DNA from: the human T2T-CHM13v2.0 reference genome, Homo sapiens
Length of the DNA: 64,000 nt
Assembly (NCBI RefSeq): GCF_009914755.1
Contig: NC_060928.1
Reading direction: 5' to 3' (one strand)
Made by a program: the position numbers and the translations under genes. Positions 1-12,677 of the stretch are shown in pieces (the stretch's first letter is position 1; each line of letters opens with the position of its first letter). The notes beneath the pieces are model-generated. The model did not search any database. It was not told the origin of the DNA and worked only from the letters and a program-made list of their open reading frames with translations.

Positions 1-97
1 TTTTAATAAATATTTCAACTATAATACATCTTCTGAAATAATTGATGAACACATCATATTGGACCACAGTAAACACTGATTTCCATTACATAAACTA

Positions 98-2409
98 CAG
101 GCATATCTCATTTCATTGTGCTTTGCTTTATTGCCTTTCACAATATACTTTTTACAAATTGAAGGCTTGTGGCAACCTTGCGTGAAGCCAAGTCTATCGG
201 TGCCATTTTTCCAACAGCATGTGCTCACTTTGTGTCTCTGTGTCACATTTGATGATTCATTATTATTATATCTGCTATGGTCATCTGTGATCAGTGATCT
301 TTGTTGTTACTAATGTAATTGTTTTGCGTGCCATGAACCACACTTACATAAAATGATGAACTTAATCCACAAATGTTATGTGTGTTCTGACTGCTCCATT
401 GACCACCCATTCCCCAGTCTCTCTTTGGGCCTTCTCTGAAAAACAATATTGAACATAAGCCAGCTAATAACCCTACATTGGCCTCTAAGTGTTCAAATGA
501 AAGGAAGAGTCACACCACTCTCACTTTAAATCTAAAGCTAGAAATAATTAATCTTAGAAAGGCAGGTCCAAAGCCAAAAGAGGCTGAAAGGTAGACCTCT
601 TGTGCAAAACAGATAGCCAAGTTATGAATGCAAAGGAAAAGTTATTGAAGAAAATAGAAAGTGCTACTCCAGTGAAGCCATGAATGATAAGAAAGTGAAA
701 CCACTTTATTACTGACATGGAAAATAATTTAGTGGTCTGGATAGAATATCAAACCAGCCACCACATTTCCTTAAGTCAGAGCCTAATCCAGAGCAAGGCC
801 CTAACTCTGTTCAATTCTGTGAAGCCTGGGAGAGGTGAGGAAGCTGCGGAAGAAAAGTGTGAAGCTAACAGAGGTTGGTTCTTGAAGTTTAAGAAGCCAT
901 TGCCATAACATAACAGTGTAATGTGAAGAGGCAAGTGCTGATGGCAAGTTATCCAGAAGATCTAGCTAAGAGATTTGATGAATGTGGCCATGTGAAACAA
1001 CTGATTTTCAGTGTAGGACAACAGGCTTCTATTGGAAGAAGATGCCATCTAGGGCCTTCATAGCTAGAGAGGAAAAGTCAATGTCTGCCTTCAAATTTTC
1101 AAAGGCTAGGCTGACTCTTGTTAGGGGCCTAGTTAGGGGCTTTTGTTAACTTGAAGTTAAAGCCACTGCTCCTTTACCATTCCAAAAATCCTAGAGACCT
1201 TGAGAATCATGCTAAAGAATCACGCTAAATAAACTGCCAGTGCTCTAGGAATGGAACAGCAAAGCCTGGGTGACAACACATTTACTACAGCATGATTGAC
1301 TGAATATTTTGAGCCCACTGCTGAGACCTACTGCTCAGAATAAAAGACTCCTTTCAAAATATATTCATTGACAATGCACCTGATCACCCAAGAGCTCTGA
1401 AGGAGATATACGAGATTAATGTTGTTTTCATGTCTGCTAACAACATTCATTCTGCAGCCCTATGGATCAAGGAGTAATTTTGACTTTCAGGTCTTCTTAT
1501 TTAAGAGATATATTTCACAAAACTATAGCAGCCATAGATAATTATTCCTCTGATGGATCTTAGTAAAGTAAATCGAAAATCTTCTGTAAAGGATTCACCA
1601 TTCTACATGTCATTAAGAACATTCATGATTCATGGGAGGAGGTCAAAATATCAACATTAACAGGAGTTTGGAAGATGTTGTTTCCAACCCTCATGGATGA
1701 CTTTGAGGACTTTAAGACTTCAAGGGAGGAAGTAACTGCAGATGTGATGGAAATAGCAAGAGAACTAGAATTAGAAGTAGAACCCGAAGAAGTGACTGAA
1801 TTGCTGCAATCTCAATTGCTGCTTGTGGATGAACAAAGGAAGTGGTTTCTTAAGATGGAATTTACTCCTGGTGAAAATGCTGTGAAAATTGTTGAAATGA
1901 CAACAAAGGATTTAGAATATTACATATACTTAGTTAATGAAGCAGCAGCAAGGGTTAACAGGATGGCCTCCACTTTTGAAGAAGTTCTACTGTGGGTAAA
2001 ATGCTATCAAACAGCATTACATGCCACAAGAAAAATCTTCTGTGAAAAGATGAGTCAGTTGATGCAGCAACCTTTATTGTCTTATTTTAAGAAATTGCCA
2101 CAACCACCCCAGCCTTCAGCAACTATCACAGTAGTTAGTCAGGAGCCATCAACTTCAAGGTAAGACTCTCCATCAGCAAAAAGATTTGGACCCACTGAAG
2201 GCTCACATGTCCATTAGCAATTTTTAGGAAGAACATTTTTAAAAATTAAGTTATGTACATTTTTTAGACATAATGCTATTTCATACTTAGTCGATGACAA
2301 TATAGTGTAAACACAACTTTTATATGCACTGGGAAACCAAAAAATTTGTGTGACTCACTTTATTGCAGTGATCTGGAACTGAACCCACAATATCTCTGAG
2401 GTATGCTTG
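98..2409 (+). mobile_element. Tigger1 (TcMar-Tigger) DNA transposon, near full length
   Basis: Left TIR CAGGCATATCTC at 98 preceded by TA, right TIR GAGGTATGCTTG ending 2409. Internal sequence encodes pogo-like transposase fragments (ORFs 717-908, 1675-2163). Confidence 0.95.
500..2163 (+). pseudogene. Decayed Tigger1 transposase (CENP-B/pogo-like HTH and DDE regions), frameshifted
   Basis: Peptides such as [15 protein letters not shown]...[16 protein letters not shown] and EIARELELEVEPEEVTELLQS match Tigger1 transposase. Reading frame is broken by stops and indels. Confidence 0.88.
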
Positions 2410-2536
2410 AATATCTTTTCATTAAAGTTCTTATTAATCTCATAATGTTATCTCCATTATGGTAAATTAATAATTGATATGCTTAATTATATACTATATT
2501 TTTATCTATAGTCTATAATTCCCCACTTGGCTACAA

Positions 2537-2728
2537 CAGAAATGAGCAAACTTTTTCTGTAAAGGAACAAAGATAAATATTTTGGTCTCTGTTGCAACTA
2601 GGGATAAACTCTAGTGTTGTAGCACAAAAGTAGACACAGATGATACATAAATAAATGAAGCAGGGAGCATTCTACTAAAACTTTATTTTCAAAAACAGTG
2701 GCAGCTGGATTTAGTTTACCAACCCAGG
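2537..2728. mobile_element. MER58A-like hAT-Charlie MITE
   Basis: CAG...GCAAACTTTTTCTGTAAAGG start, ...CCAACCCAGG end. 8-bp TSD GGCTACAA (2529-2536) / GTCTACAA (2729-2736). Confidence 0.8.
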
Positions 2729-3199
2729 GTCTACAAAATTAGAATGATTAATCTTTATCAAATGCCCTACTTAAATTCAGATATAGTATATCTACAGAAC
2801 TTTCTTAATCAACTTCATAATCTATTAATCTGTCAAAATCAGAAATGATTGATTTGACACACCTCTTTTTAGTGAAACTGTTGAGTCTTGGTTATCATCA
2901 CTTCTTTAAAGTATTTCTGTTTTACCCTTTATCACTCATTTTGTGAAGTGATCAAGATCCATGTCAATTTGATAGTACATAGTTTACAGACATTAACTCC
3001 TCCCTTGCGCCCTCACTTTTGGGCAATTGAAACTACATATTTTAACTTCTATCTTTCCTTGGTATTTTTCTTGATTCCTCAAAGAGCACTAGTTGTTTCA
3101 TGAACATATTAGGAACTAATTAATTAGAATGAGAAGGCTTGATAATTTTAACATCTAAGTTGTATAATACTATCTCATGTACTTTGGATTTCAGTTAGT

Positions 3200-3470
3200 A
3201 TTTTTTCTAACTTTTAATATAACATTTTCAGATATACCTAATACTTGTATTCCATGGTTATTAATAATTTGCTATATTTGATTTATCTTTTTATCTGTTT
3301 GTTGATGTATGTATTTTTGCCTGAACCATTTGAAAGTTGAAATCTCATGACTCTTCACACCAATGATTTTCTCCCTAATGAAATTATAATTGTTACAGTT
3401 AAGAACATTAATTTTAATATGACCTAACATATAGCTCATTTTCAAAAATATCAAATTAATTTAAAAATGT
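3200..3470 (-). mobile_element. Old L1 3' UTR fragment (L1MC4/5 or L1ME-like), left part of host element
   Basis: TTTGCCTGAACCATTTGAAAGT motif. Continues at ~5350-5700. Confidence 0.55.
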
Positions 3471-4280
3471 TTTAAATTTTATTTTTTATTATGGTAAAAT
3501 ATACATAACACTTACAATTTTAACCATTTTAAAGTACGCAATTTAGTGGTATTAAGTACATTTACACTATTACTCAATCACCACTACTATTTTCAGAACT
3601 TTTTCATCGTTCCAAACAGAAACTCTGTACCACTTAAGTAATAAGTTACCACTTCTCCCTCCCCAGAGCTCCTGGTATCCTCTACAAGTTGAGCATCTCT
3701 AATTTGAAAATCTAAAATCTGAAATGCTCCAAAATCCAAAATTTTTTGAGCTCTGACATGATGCCACAAGTGGAAAATTCCACATCTGACCTTATGTACA
3801 CCAACGTTGCTTCATGCATACAATTATTAAAAATATTGTATAAAATTACCTTCTGTGTCTGTAAGATGCATATGAAACATAAATAAATGTTGTGTTTATT
3901 TTGGGTCCCATCCCCAAGATATCTCATTATATACATGCAAATATTACAAAATCCAAAATGATTTGAAATTCAAAGCACTTCTATTCCCAAGCATTTCAGA
4001 TAAGGTATACGCAAACTGTATTCTACTTCCTGTCTCTATGAATTTGCCTGTTTTAGGCATCTCCTATAAGGGAAATCATGCAACATTTGTCCTTTTGTGT
4101 TTGTCTTATTTTACTTAGCATACTTTTTCAAGGTTCTTTCAGTTACATATCAGATGTATGTATGTCTTCCAGTATGTATCAGAACTATTCTTTTTATGAC
4201 TGAATGTGTGTGTGCGTATATGCGTGTGTGTAGACACACACACATGCACAGATGCATATGTCATATTTTGTTTATCTGCC
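3470..4280 (-). mobile_element. L1MB-like 3' end interrupted by Tigger4
   Basis: T-rich tail then GTAAAATATACATAAC...CCATTTTAAAGTAC...; CTGTCTCTATGAATTTGCCT resumes directly after the Tigger4 insertion. Confidence 0.8.
3685..4018. mobile_element. Tigger4b/MER46-type (Zombi) non-autonomous transposon
   Basis: TA TSD at 3683-3684 and 4019-4020. Termini CAAGTTGAGCATCTCTAAT... and ...GATAAGGTATACGCAAACTG. Confidence 0.88.
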
Positions 4281-5350
4281 TGCTCAAATCTGCTGTTGAA
4301 TCCTCTGGTGCCCCGGTGAACTTTTCTCTTAAGTTATTGTTCTTTTCAGCTCCAGAATTATTGATTTGTTTCTTTATAGAATTTATAGCTCTTTATTGAT
4401 TTTTTTTTAAAAGAAATGAGGTCTTGCTATGTTGCCCAGGCTGCTCTCAAACTCCTGGGTTCCAATATTCTCATTTTGTTTGTTTTCCTGAATTCTTTTA
4501 GTTCTTTGTCAATGGCTTCTTTTAGCTCATTGAACATATTCAAAACAGTTGATTTAATATCTTTGGCTAGTAATTCCAATATCCAGGCTTCTTCAGGGAT
4601 GGCTCCTGTCAAATTCTTTTTCCTATGAGTAGGCTATCCTTTCCTGTTTCTTTGTATATTTTAGTTTTTTTTATTGAGAACCTGACATTCTTAGTATTAT
4701 AATGTGGTGACTCTGGAAATCTGACTCTCCCACTTCTCAGGGATTGCTGATTTTTGCTTTTTGAGGGCTACAGCCATCCATCTGAGACATTTCCACACTA
4801 TTTTTGCAAAGTATCTATTCTTTGTTGTGTGTGGTTACTGAAATTTCTGTTCCATTATCTCCGCAGTCATTCAGTGACCTGATAAAGATTTCTTTAAAAT
4901 GTCTGCCTTCAAAGAAAGGGGGAAAACATTCTGTGCTTTAACTTTTTCAGTGGAATCTCTTTGCTACTGAAAGGACTGAAACCAAGGCAAGCACGTATGC
5001 CTGTCTCTCGGTGCACTGCCAGACCAACCAATCACATTACATAAAATTTTTGGAGACCAAAGTCTCCACTGCCCACCTGGTACCAGACATCTGCTTCAAG
5101 AACACGGGCTGCAACCCCCGCAGCTGTAATGGGGCTGAAGAATGGGGCAGGTGATCATTGTTTTGCATATGTAGCTCACTTAGAAAATGTAGCAGCCTCT
5201 CCCTTTATCAAGCACTCCCCTGGTTGCCATACATGTCCAATTAGGTTTTAGTGTTCCAAATTAATTGATTTCAATTGCCCTTTCCAGCTTAACAGTTTCT
5301 TTGGTAGAGAGTATGACCCTAGAGCTTCCTATTCTGCCTTCTTGCATTTC
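4280..5350 (-). mobile_element. L1M 5' UTR and ORF1 start
   Basis: Minus ORF 4427-4612 (LELLAKDIKSTVLNMFNELKE) is L1M ORF1-like. Element start reads GCAAGAAGGCAGAATAGGAAGCTC on the minus strand near 5345. Confidence 0.75.
4400..4462 (-). mobile_element. 5'-truncated Alu monomer (FLAM-like) fragment
   Basis: T-tract then AGAAATGAGGTCTTGCTATGTTGCCCAGGCTGCTCTCAAACTCCTGGG. Confidence 0.8.
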
Positions 5351-5700
5351 ACCCTAGTACTTTCTGTTAATTGAAAATTAGGTCTAAAACTTTAATTAGA
5401 TTCAGGTTAAACATTTTTGACAGGAATACCTTATATTGAACATATCATTAGACACATAATATCAGGATGTCCCACAATACTAAAATCAGTCTCTTTGTTA
5501 AGGCCTGAATACTAGATCTCTTAAATATAAAGGTAGTTTTCCCCTTTGGGTTAGTGAATAACCTGTGTCAACCCTTGGAAATTTGCAAATATCCTGTTTT
5601 CCAACATCTCTCAACCTAATGGTTTTAGCGTGTATGCTTGAATAAATTAATTTTTTTGTTATTTTCAGTCTGAATATCATTATCAAAGTGAGAGAACAGG
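5350..5700 (-). mobile_element. Old L1 3' UTR fragment (L1MC4/5-like), right part of host element
   Basis: TTAGATTCAGGTTAAACATTTTTGACAGGAATAC motif. Confidence 0.6.
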
Positions 5701-6707
5701 CGAATAAAATAAAAATCTAGTGTAGTGTTTTTAATTTCTTCCCACCGTCTGTTAACATTCAAATATCCATCTCAAATGGGGCCTTTCCCTTTCTTGTTTC
5801 TTTGTTTGGTTTTTCCTTAGTGTTTATTAGTAAGCCCTCGGCTGACTTATGGATTTCACCTTCATGATTCATCCAAGCCAGCATCTTACATCTGTCCTTG
5901 GCTGTGTGCTCATTCTTCCTGCTGTTGTACACATCTATTACCATCTAAATTCACTGAGAACACTCTGTGGAACTCATTTATTTCTTAATTTGCCCTTCAT
6001 TTTTCTACCTCGTTGGAATAATTAGTTATTGCCTAGATAATTACATTTTTAGAGCTTTCAAACTCTCTTAATCCATCTTTGTTAAGAGAGATCCAGAAAA
6101 TAGAATGAAATCCTTGCCTTTGTATTTAAAGTCTGTCTCAAAGAATTATACAAAGGAAGTTTTCTCCATTTCTAGTATTACTTACTCATTTTTTTTCTGA
6201 CAATAGTTTTTTTCATTGCCAATGTATTCCTCCCTGTTGATTGGAATTAATTCTGGTGTGACAGTCTTTTTCCCTGCTTCTAATTTCAGATCAGTGAAAA
6301 TATCGGCAAGGTCAAAACTTGACAGGTGTTCTACTTTAAGCTAATGAGTTTTGTTAGCTCTTTGAAGGGATGAAGTTTCCCATCCCTGCTATATATTAAT
6401 TCTGTGTCAGCTTTATCATCTGCTTCTCCCTTCTTTTAGCTTTACCCAAATGAACTCTAATATTTTGCTTTCTCACATAACTTCATTACTTTCTAATGGA
6501 TGTATAATTACACCCACTAACTTCCCACTCACCATACCTGTTTTTTTAAATTGAAGTTCTACACTCTTAAAAACCAAAATATATCTTTTAAATTAAAATT
6601 TGGGGTTGTTACAGGTATATCAAAATAGTGAAGAGATATTTCTTATATATTTCTGATGAAATACTGTTAACGCCATAGTCTGATTGGAGAGCAAATTTGA
6701 GTCCCTT

Positions 6708-6745
6708 TCTCTCTCTCTCTGTGTGTGTGTGTGTGTGTGTGTGTG
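6708..6745. repeat. Compound (CT)n(GT)n microsatellite
   Basis: Directly visible. Confidence 0.95.
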
Positions 6746-7619
6746 TTAGAGAGAAAAAGCTCATTAAAATGGTTAATATTCTTTCCTTCCAGAATTGATC
6801 CAACACAAATGATGAGCGATAGATGCCTACTGATGTAAATATGTTTCTCTCTTCAGTGTCATTTATAATAATGAAATTAAACTTCAGTAGTTTATGATAA
6901 GAGAATTGATTATGTCTGTTGTAGTAGGACCAAATTACGACATACCATAATAATTAAAATGATTTATTTCCAAGTTATTTTGCCTTAACAAAACAACTTA
7001 TGGCATCATGTTAAATAAAGACAGGAGCGTCTAAAAGACATCCAAAATGATTTCAGTTCTAACTTTTAACTAGGTTACCTACCCCAGGAGGTAGGCTGCA
7101 CAGGAGAAACTTTTTCTCCTATTCCCTAACGTATAGAGTATACTTTTTTCTGAGCAGTCCATTTCCTGCTTTTCCCTCACATTTCAACCTAGCTCTGTGT
7201 GTAATTCTGGAAATGAAGGCTGCAGTACTGCAGGAACATCCAGACTGACTTTATTGTTCTAAAGCGGGCAAGGGAAATAAGGTATCAGGAAGTAGAGGCA
7301 ATGTTGACCCTCTTCTGACATTATTGTGTGTCTTTGATGACCATAATGCATACCATGGCTTTTCCCAGAGAAAGGCCACCAAATGTGTCAGAGGAGAGAA
7401 TTTTTTGGGCCATCTTAAGGTACAGAGTTGTATAGCTAGGATACAGTGTATTTTTCCATTTTAACTATAGATTTACTCCCATTGCTGCAGCTGTCGGGAG
7501 CTATCCACAGGGTTCCATGTGTCTGAATCTGCTATTGACATGACAGCAACTCTCTCTGCAGGGCCTCATATGATTAGTAGGACAGATGAAGAATTCCACA
7601 GATTTTCCTTACTCCTGGT

Positions 7620-9360
7620 GACATCTCCTGTCTGCCAGCCGTGGCACTGCCCTAGATATCACTGGAGAGACATAGACTCTCAGTTCCTCGATCTTCAACA
7701 ATCTGTTTCTCCGTCATTTCTCAGTCACCCACACACATGGTCACAGCACAGAATTTGTTATTACCAACATCTTTATCACCTGTCTTAATCTCTACTACAA
7801 GTATCCCATTCTATGAAAACTGTATCTTATCTTTCCTATTTATTTCCTCTAAATGTCTAAGACACAAACAACTCAGTCTCATATGCATCTCCAATTCACT
7901 GACTCTACCACCTCTATAATGCTCTCCCAGAAAACCCTCAATGCTTTCTTAAATCTTCCTGTAGCTTGGACCTAGGAATCTGACTGTGGTTGGAAGAAAG
8001 TACACAATCATGACTGCTTTAAAAAATATATGAATTGTGACTAATCTTAAGTCAACTCGATATTGCCAGGAAAAATATTACATTTCCTTAATTCTCTGTT
8101 CCCTTATTATGTTAGGCCGTTAGTCCATAACTTATCTTTCCAAAACTTCCCCAATTAGTCTCTACTGATGACCTTGCTCCCTATTTTTCTGAGGAATTTG
8201 AAGCAATCAGAAGAGATCTTTCACATGTTCTCACCACCACATCTGCCAATCTATCTCTATCAGCACCTTATCATCTTCTTTCTTATTACCATGATTGAAC
8301 TGTCTGTCGGCTTGGCCAACTCCACCCTTCTTATGCATTGTGTCCCATCTCTATCATCTGCTCTAGAATCGCTTTCTTTAAATTTCTCCCTATCATTCCT
8401 GCATTAACATTTTTTGCTATACAACAACATTAGAATTGCTTCCATCTTAAAATTACCCTCTGATGATACCAAGAGCCCTTATACTTACTGCCCCAATTCT
8501 CTGATCTCTTTGCAGCAATCTCCTCAAGAGTGTTAACTATACCCAGGCTATCCACTTCCTTTACTCCTCTTTCCTCTTGGAGCAGCCCCAATAAAGTTCT
8601 TGTCTTGATCACTGCACTGAAACAGCTCATAATAGTTTAAGAGTTGCATTTGCATGACCAGCTCCCTGGTCAATATTTTCATTTTTGTTGTCATGTACCG
8701 CAGCCTACAAGCAGCATTTGACATAGTGCGTGCGCTTTTTAAAACATTTTCTTTACCTGGCTTCCAGAACACTTCTTTCTCTGTCCTCCTACTGCTCCTT
8801 GAATTCCTCTTTTCAGTCTCTTTTGCTCTTCTCCTCACCTTCCCAACATTTGTGGAAACCACAGGAGGTAACCCTTGTATCTCTTCTCTAGCTTCCCCTA
8901 CTTCCTAGGTGGACTCATCATTTAATGGCCAAGTTGATACTTCCAGCCTCTGCTGAACTCAGACCTTACACATCCAAGTTCTTAGTTGACATCCATCTGG
9001 ATATTTAATAAGCTTTGTAAATTTAACATGTCCCAAACAAGCTCAGTCTGCACACACACCCCCACTTACATCAATCTGATACACTCACCCTCTCGACATC
9101 TTATTGAAAGGCCCATTCATCCTCTAGTTTCTCAGGTAAAAATTCTCAGAGTTATCTTTGACTCCTCTCACTCTTCACAGGAAAACATCCGTAAACTCTG
9201 ATAGCTTTTCCTTTGACATATGTCTAGAAGAGTCTGACCACCACTTATTACACTACTGTGACTCTTTCCCAACTCACATGTTCTTACTTGGACTTTTGCT
9301 ATTGTTTCTTATTATCTTTGCTTCTCATCTTGCTCCCTAACAGAAAATTCTTCACACATA
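7620..9360 (+). mobile_element. L2 LINE relic (ORF2 and 3' region)
   Basis: Pyrimidine-rich L2 motifs: GCAGCATTTGACATAGTG, CTTCCAGAACACTTC, GACATCCATCTGGATATTTAATAAG, AACATGTCCCAAAC. Confidence 0.8.
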
Positions 9361-10684
9361 ACAGAGATAAAAATAACATTAGGTTGACATATGTAAATAC
9401 TTATAAGGATTTTCTAGCAATTTAAATGTACTGTGATTATAGGTAAACTTGAAGAGGATGCAGTTAAAGATATTTTAGTATGAAGCATGTTAACGTGCTT
9501 TAAAGGACTGGCCCTACAAAACCTTATACATTTTTTAAAAGAAATAATTTATTTAACTAGGCCAAAGTTATTTTCCAAGAAACTGTAAATGATTGGCTTA
9601 CAGTGACACTTAAGTTGAAAAATAAAGATGTAAGACTGTATTCATCCATTTTGGGTTTCAAGAACTGATTCTGGATTTCAAGAGTTGAAGCCCTACTGGT
9701 GTTGTTCACCCACTGCTGAGGGTAATGTCTGCTCTGACATTAGAGTTCGCCTTCTATTTCTTCCAGAAGAAATTTCCTCTGGGACCACAGTATAGTCAGC
9801 CATTTTCTGTTAGGCTGAAAATCTGAGAGTTAAAATAATCTTCCTGGATAAGTGACAGGAAAATGGACAACCAAATTTAACGAATGTTTCTGCTGATAGC
9901 TACTTTCTGAGAGAGTTTTAAAAGGTCTTTATGAGAAATACCATGCTTTTTAGCTGTAGAGTAAGATTTCAGAAAAAGACGGTGAGTGGCAGCTCCGATC
10001 TGTCAGGAATGCCAGCAGCATAAGTAGGATCGGGTGTCCAATTACCAGAATTGATAAGTAATTGTTAATTTAAGTATCCTTAGAGTTTATTGAGAATTGT
10101 TTTTCAGTGGCTGAGTAATATGCAAAGCAAATTTTGGGTTTCAGGTTTTAATATCTTCCTGCAACAACCCTTTAGGGCTTTGTGGTATTGAATTAAATAT
10201 TTAAGTATTGATAAAAATGAGCTGCTCATTCTCCTGGAATATGTCAACTTTTTCAAGAATCACACTTCAATGGATTGTCCTTAGTGTAAAAACTGGCAGG
10301 ATTTCATTGAAGGTGGAGCCAGGAAGGAAAATTGTCTAAGTTAAAAAAGTTTTTTAGAATTCAGATTTGGAAAAATTTATGATTTAAAAAATAACTGCCT
10401 TTTCTTTCCAAGGCCTTTCACTTCTAAGTGGGTGAAGCTGAATAATATAACTCTTGGTCTCTTATAGGGGACACAGAATTTTCCAAATTGCCTTTAATTG
10501 ATGTTGGAGAATCTAAAATCAGTGCCATAGATTGTCTCTTCTTTGGTAAAGATGGCAGACATTCAGATTTTATGTGCGAAAAGTACAGCATGAGCTAAAA
10601 TAAGAATCCATTTCAAATATCTCCCTACTAGATTTGAGACAATATGACAGTACAGTAAAGCAAAATGAAAAGAAAAATTGGAAA

Positions 10685-11216
10685 TGGAGTGTGGCAGAAC
10701 ATTCCAAAATAGGCCACTTTGGCAGAGGGGCAATTTTGAGCTAAAGGCATTTAAAAACAACAGATACAAGAGGGATACTCTATTCTCCCCTTTTTCTTCT
10801 TGGAGACAGGAGATGAAAATTCCCATGTGAGAGATGCCCTCCCAGCCCCAGAGAAAAAAAGAAAAAAGAAAAAAGAAAAAAAAACCCACATTCTTCAACA
10901 GGGAGTCATAGCCGAGAGAATTCTGTAGGAGAGGTCTGTACAGACAGACCTTTTTAAAAGAATTATTATCTTCCATTAGCTTCCCTACAAAATGTGGTTG
11001 CTTTTCCACAAATGCCTCCCTTTGTTCAACCTAGTATAAAAGCATTTAGATTTTGCCACTTCTTCAGGTCCTTATTTCCTTATAAAGTCTCCCATGTCAC
11101 ATGAAACTTTTACAAATTTGTATGCTTTCTCTTGTTAATGTATCTTATGTCAATGTAATTCTTAGGCCCAACCAAAAATCCTAACAAGGCAGAGGTCAAA
11201 TTTTGCTTTCTTAACA
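10685..11216 (+). mobile_element. MER34-family ERV1 solo LTR
   Basis: TG...CA ends; CCAAAATAGGCCACTTTGGCA...TTTTGAGCTAAAGGCA motif; TATAAA at ~11035; approximate 4-bp TSD GAAA/GAAG. Confidence 0.7.
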
Positions 11217-11229
11217 GAAGATAGAAGTT

Positions 11230-11350
11230 CCATATTCCAATTCTGTCCTCACAACTCACTTTCCAATGATTCATCTTCTCAACTGTAAAATGGGAATAAT
11301 CCCAATAGTTACACATTCTTCACACTGTCAAATATCAAATAAGGTGATGT
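11230..11350 (+). mobile_element. MIR fragment
   Basis: Core CTCAACTGTAAAATGGGAATAAT. Confidence 0.6.
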
Positions 11351-11969
11351 ACTCCCACCCCCTCTTCTCAACTCCATCCCAGCTTGTGGAATAACAGGGT
11401 TTCAATAGTAAAATATTCTCTTCAGTTCAATTCCAACCTGCAAAATTTGTAGACGTCTCCTTCTTACCTCTCCAAAATAGTCCAGGAAATCACTCAAGGG
11501 CATCTCACTTTCTTCCCTATACTCCAGCCTGCTCCCCTGCTCCTCGTGTGGGTCACTGATGACACCCACAGGCACTCCTGATGGATGCAATGCCCAGGTG
11601 GGTGCGATTCTATGGAGATCTTTTAAATTCATAAACACAAATTTCGAAGAGCCCTCAACACTGCAGCAAAACATTGTTTGCTGATTTGTATCTCTCTCAT
11701 ACTCTCTTCCCTCTATACCAAAGATGACTTTTCATGTACGCTTTCCTCTCTTGGAACCTTCTCTAACTCCTGTTTTCATCAAAAAACCTCCTTTCCTACT
11801 TCACTGAAACCCAAACAGTGTTAGAAAAAAGAAAAGTGTTAGAAATACTCCCAAACCAGAAACCATTCGGCGGCAATTCCCTCTCCGTTTCTGTCACCAA
11901 ATCCACAAACCTCTCAGCAACAGGATCCATTTTCCTTCTCTTCCCTTCAAGCAAAGGCAACAATCCCGC

Positions 11970-12677
<708 letters not shown>

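Noticed and set aside
4270-4295. Spliced L1 retrocopy explaining the ORF1-to-3'-end junction
   Set aside because: Recalled consensus shows no GT donor or AG acceptor at the junction; a genomic deletion is simpler.
5788-5836. Strong + strand acceptor (TTGGTTTTTCCTTAG) with a possible 9-nt microexon
   Set aside because: The only nearby donor (TTA|GTAAGC) is weak and no conventional exon can be defined.
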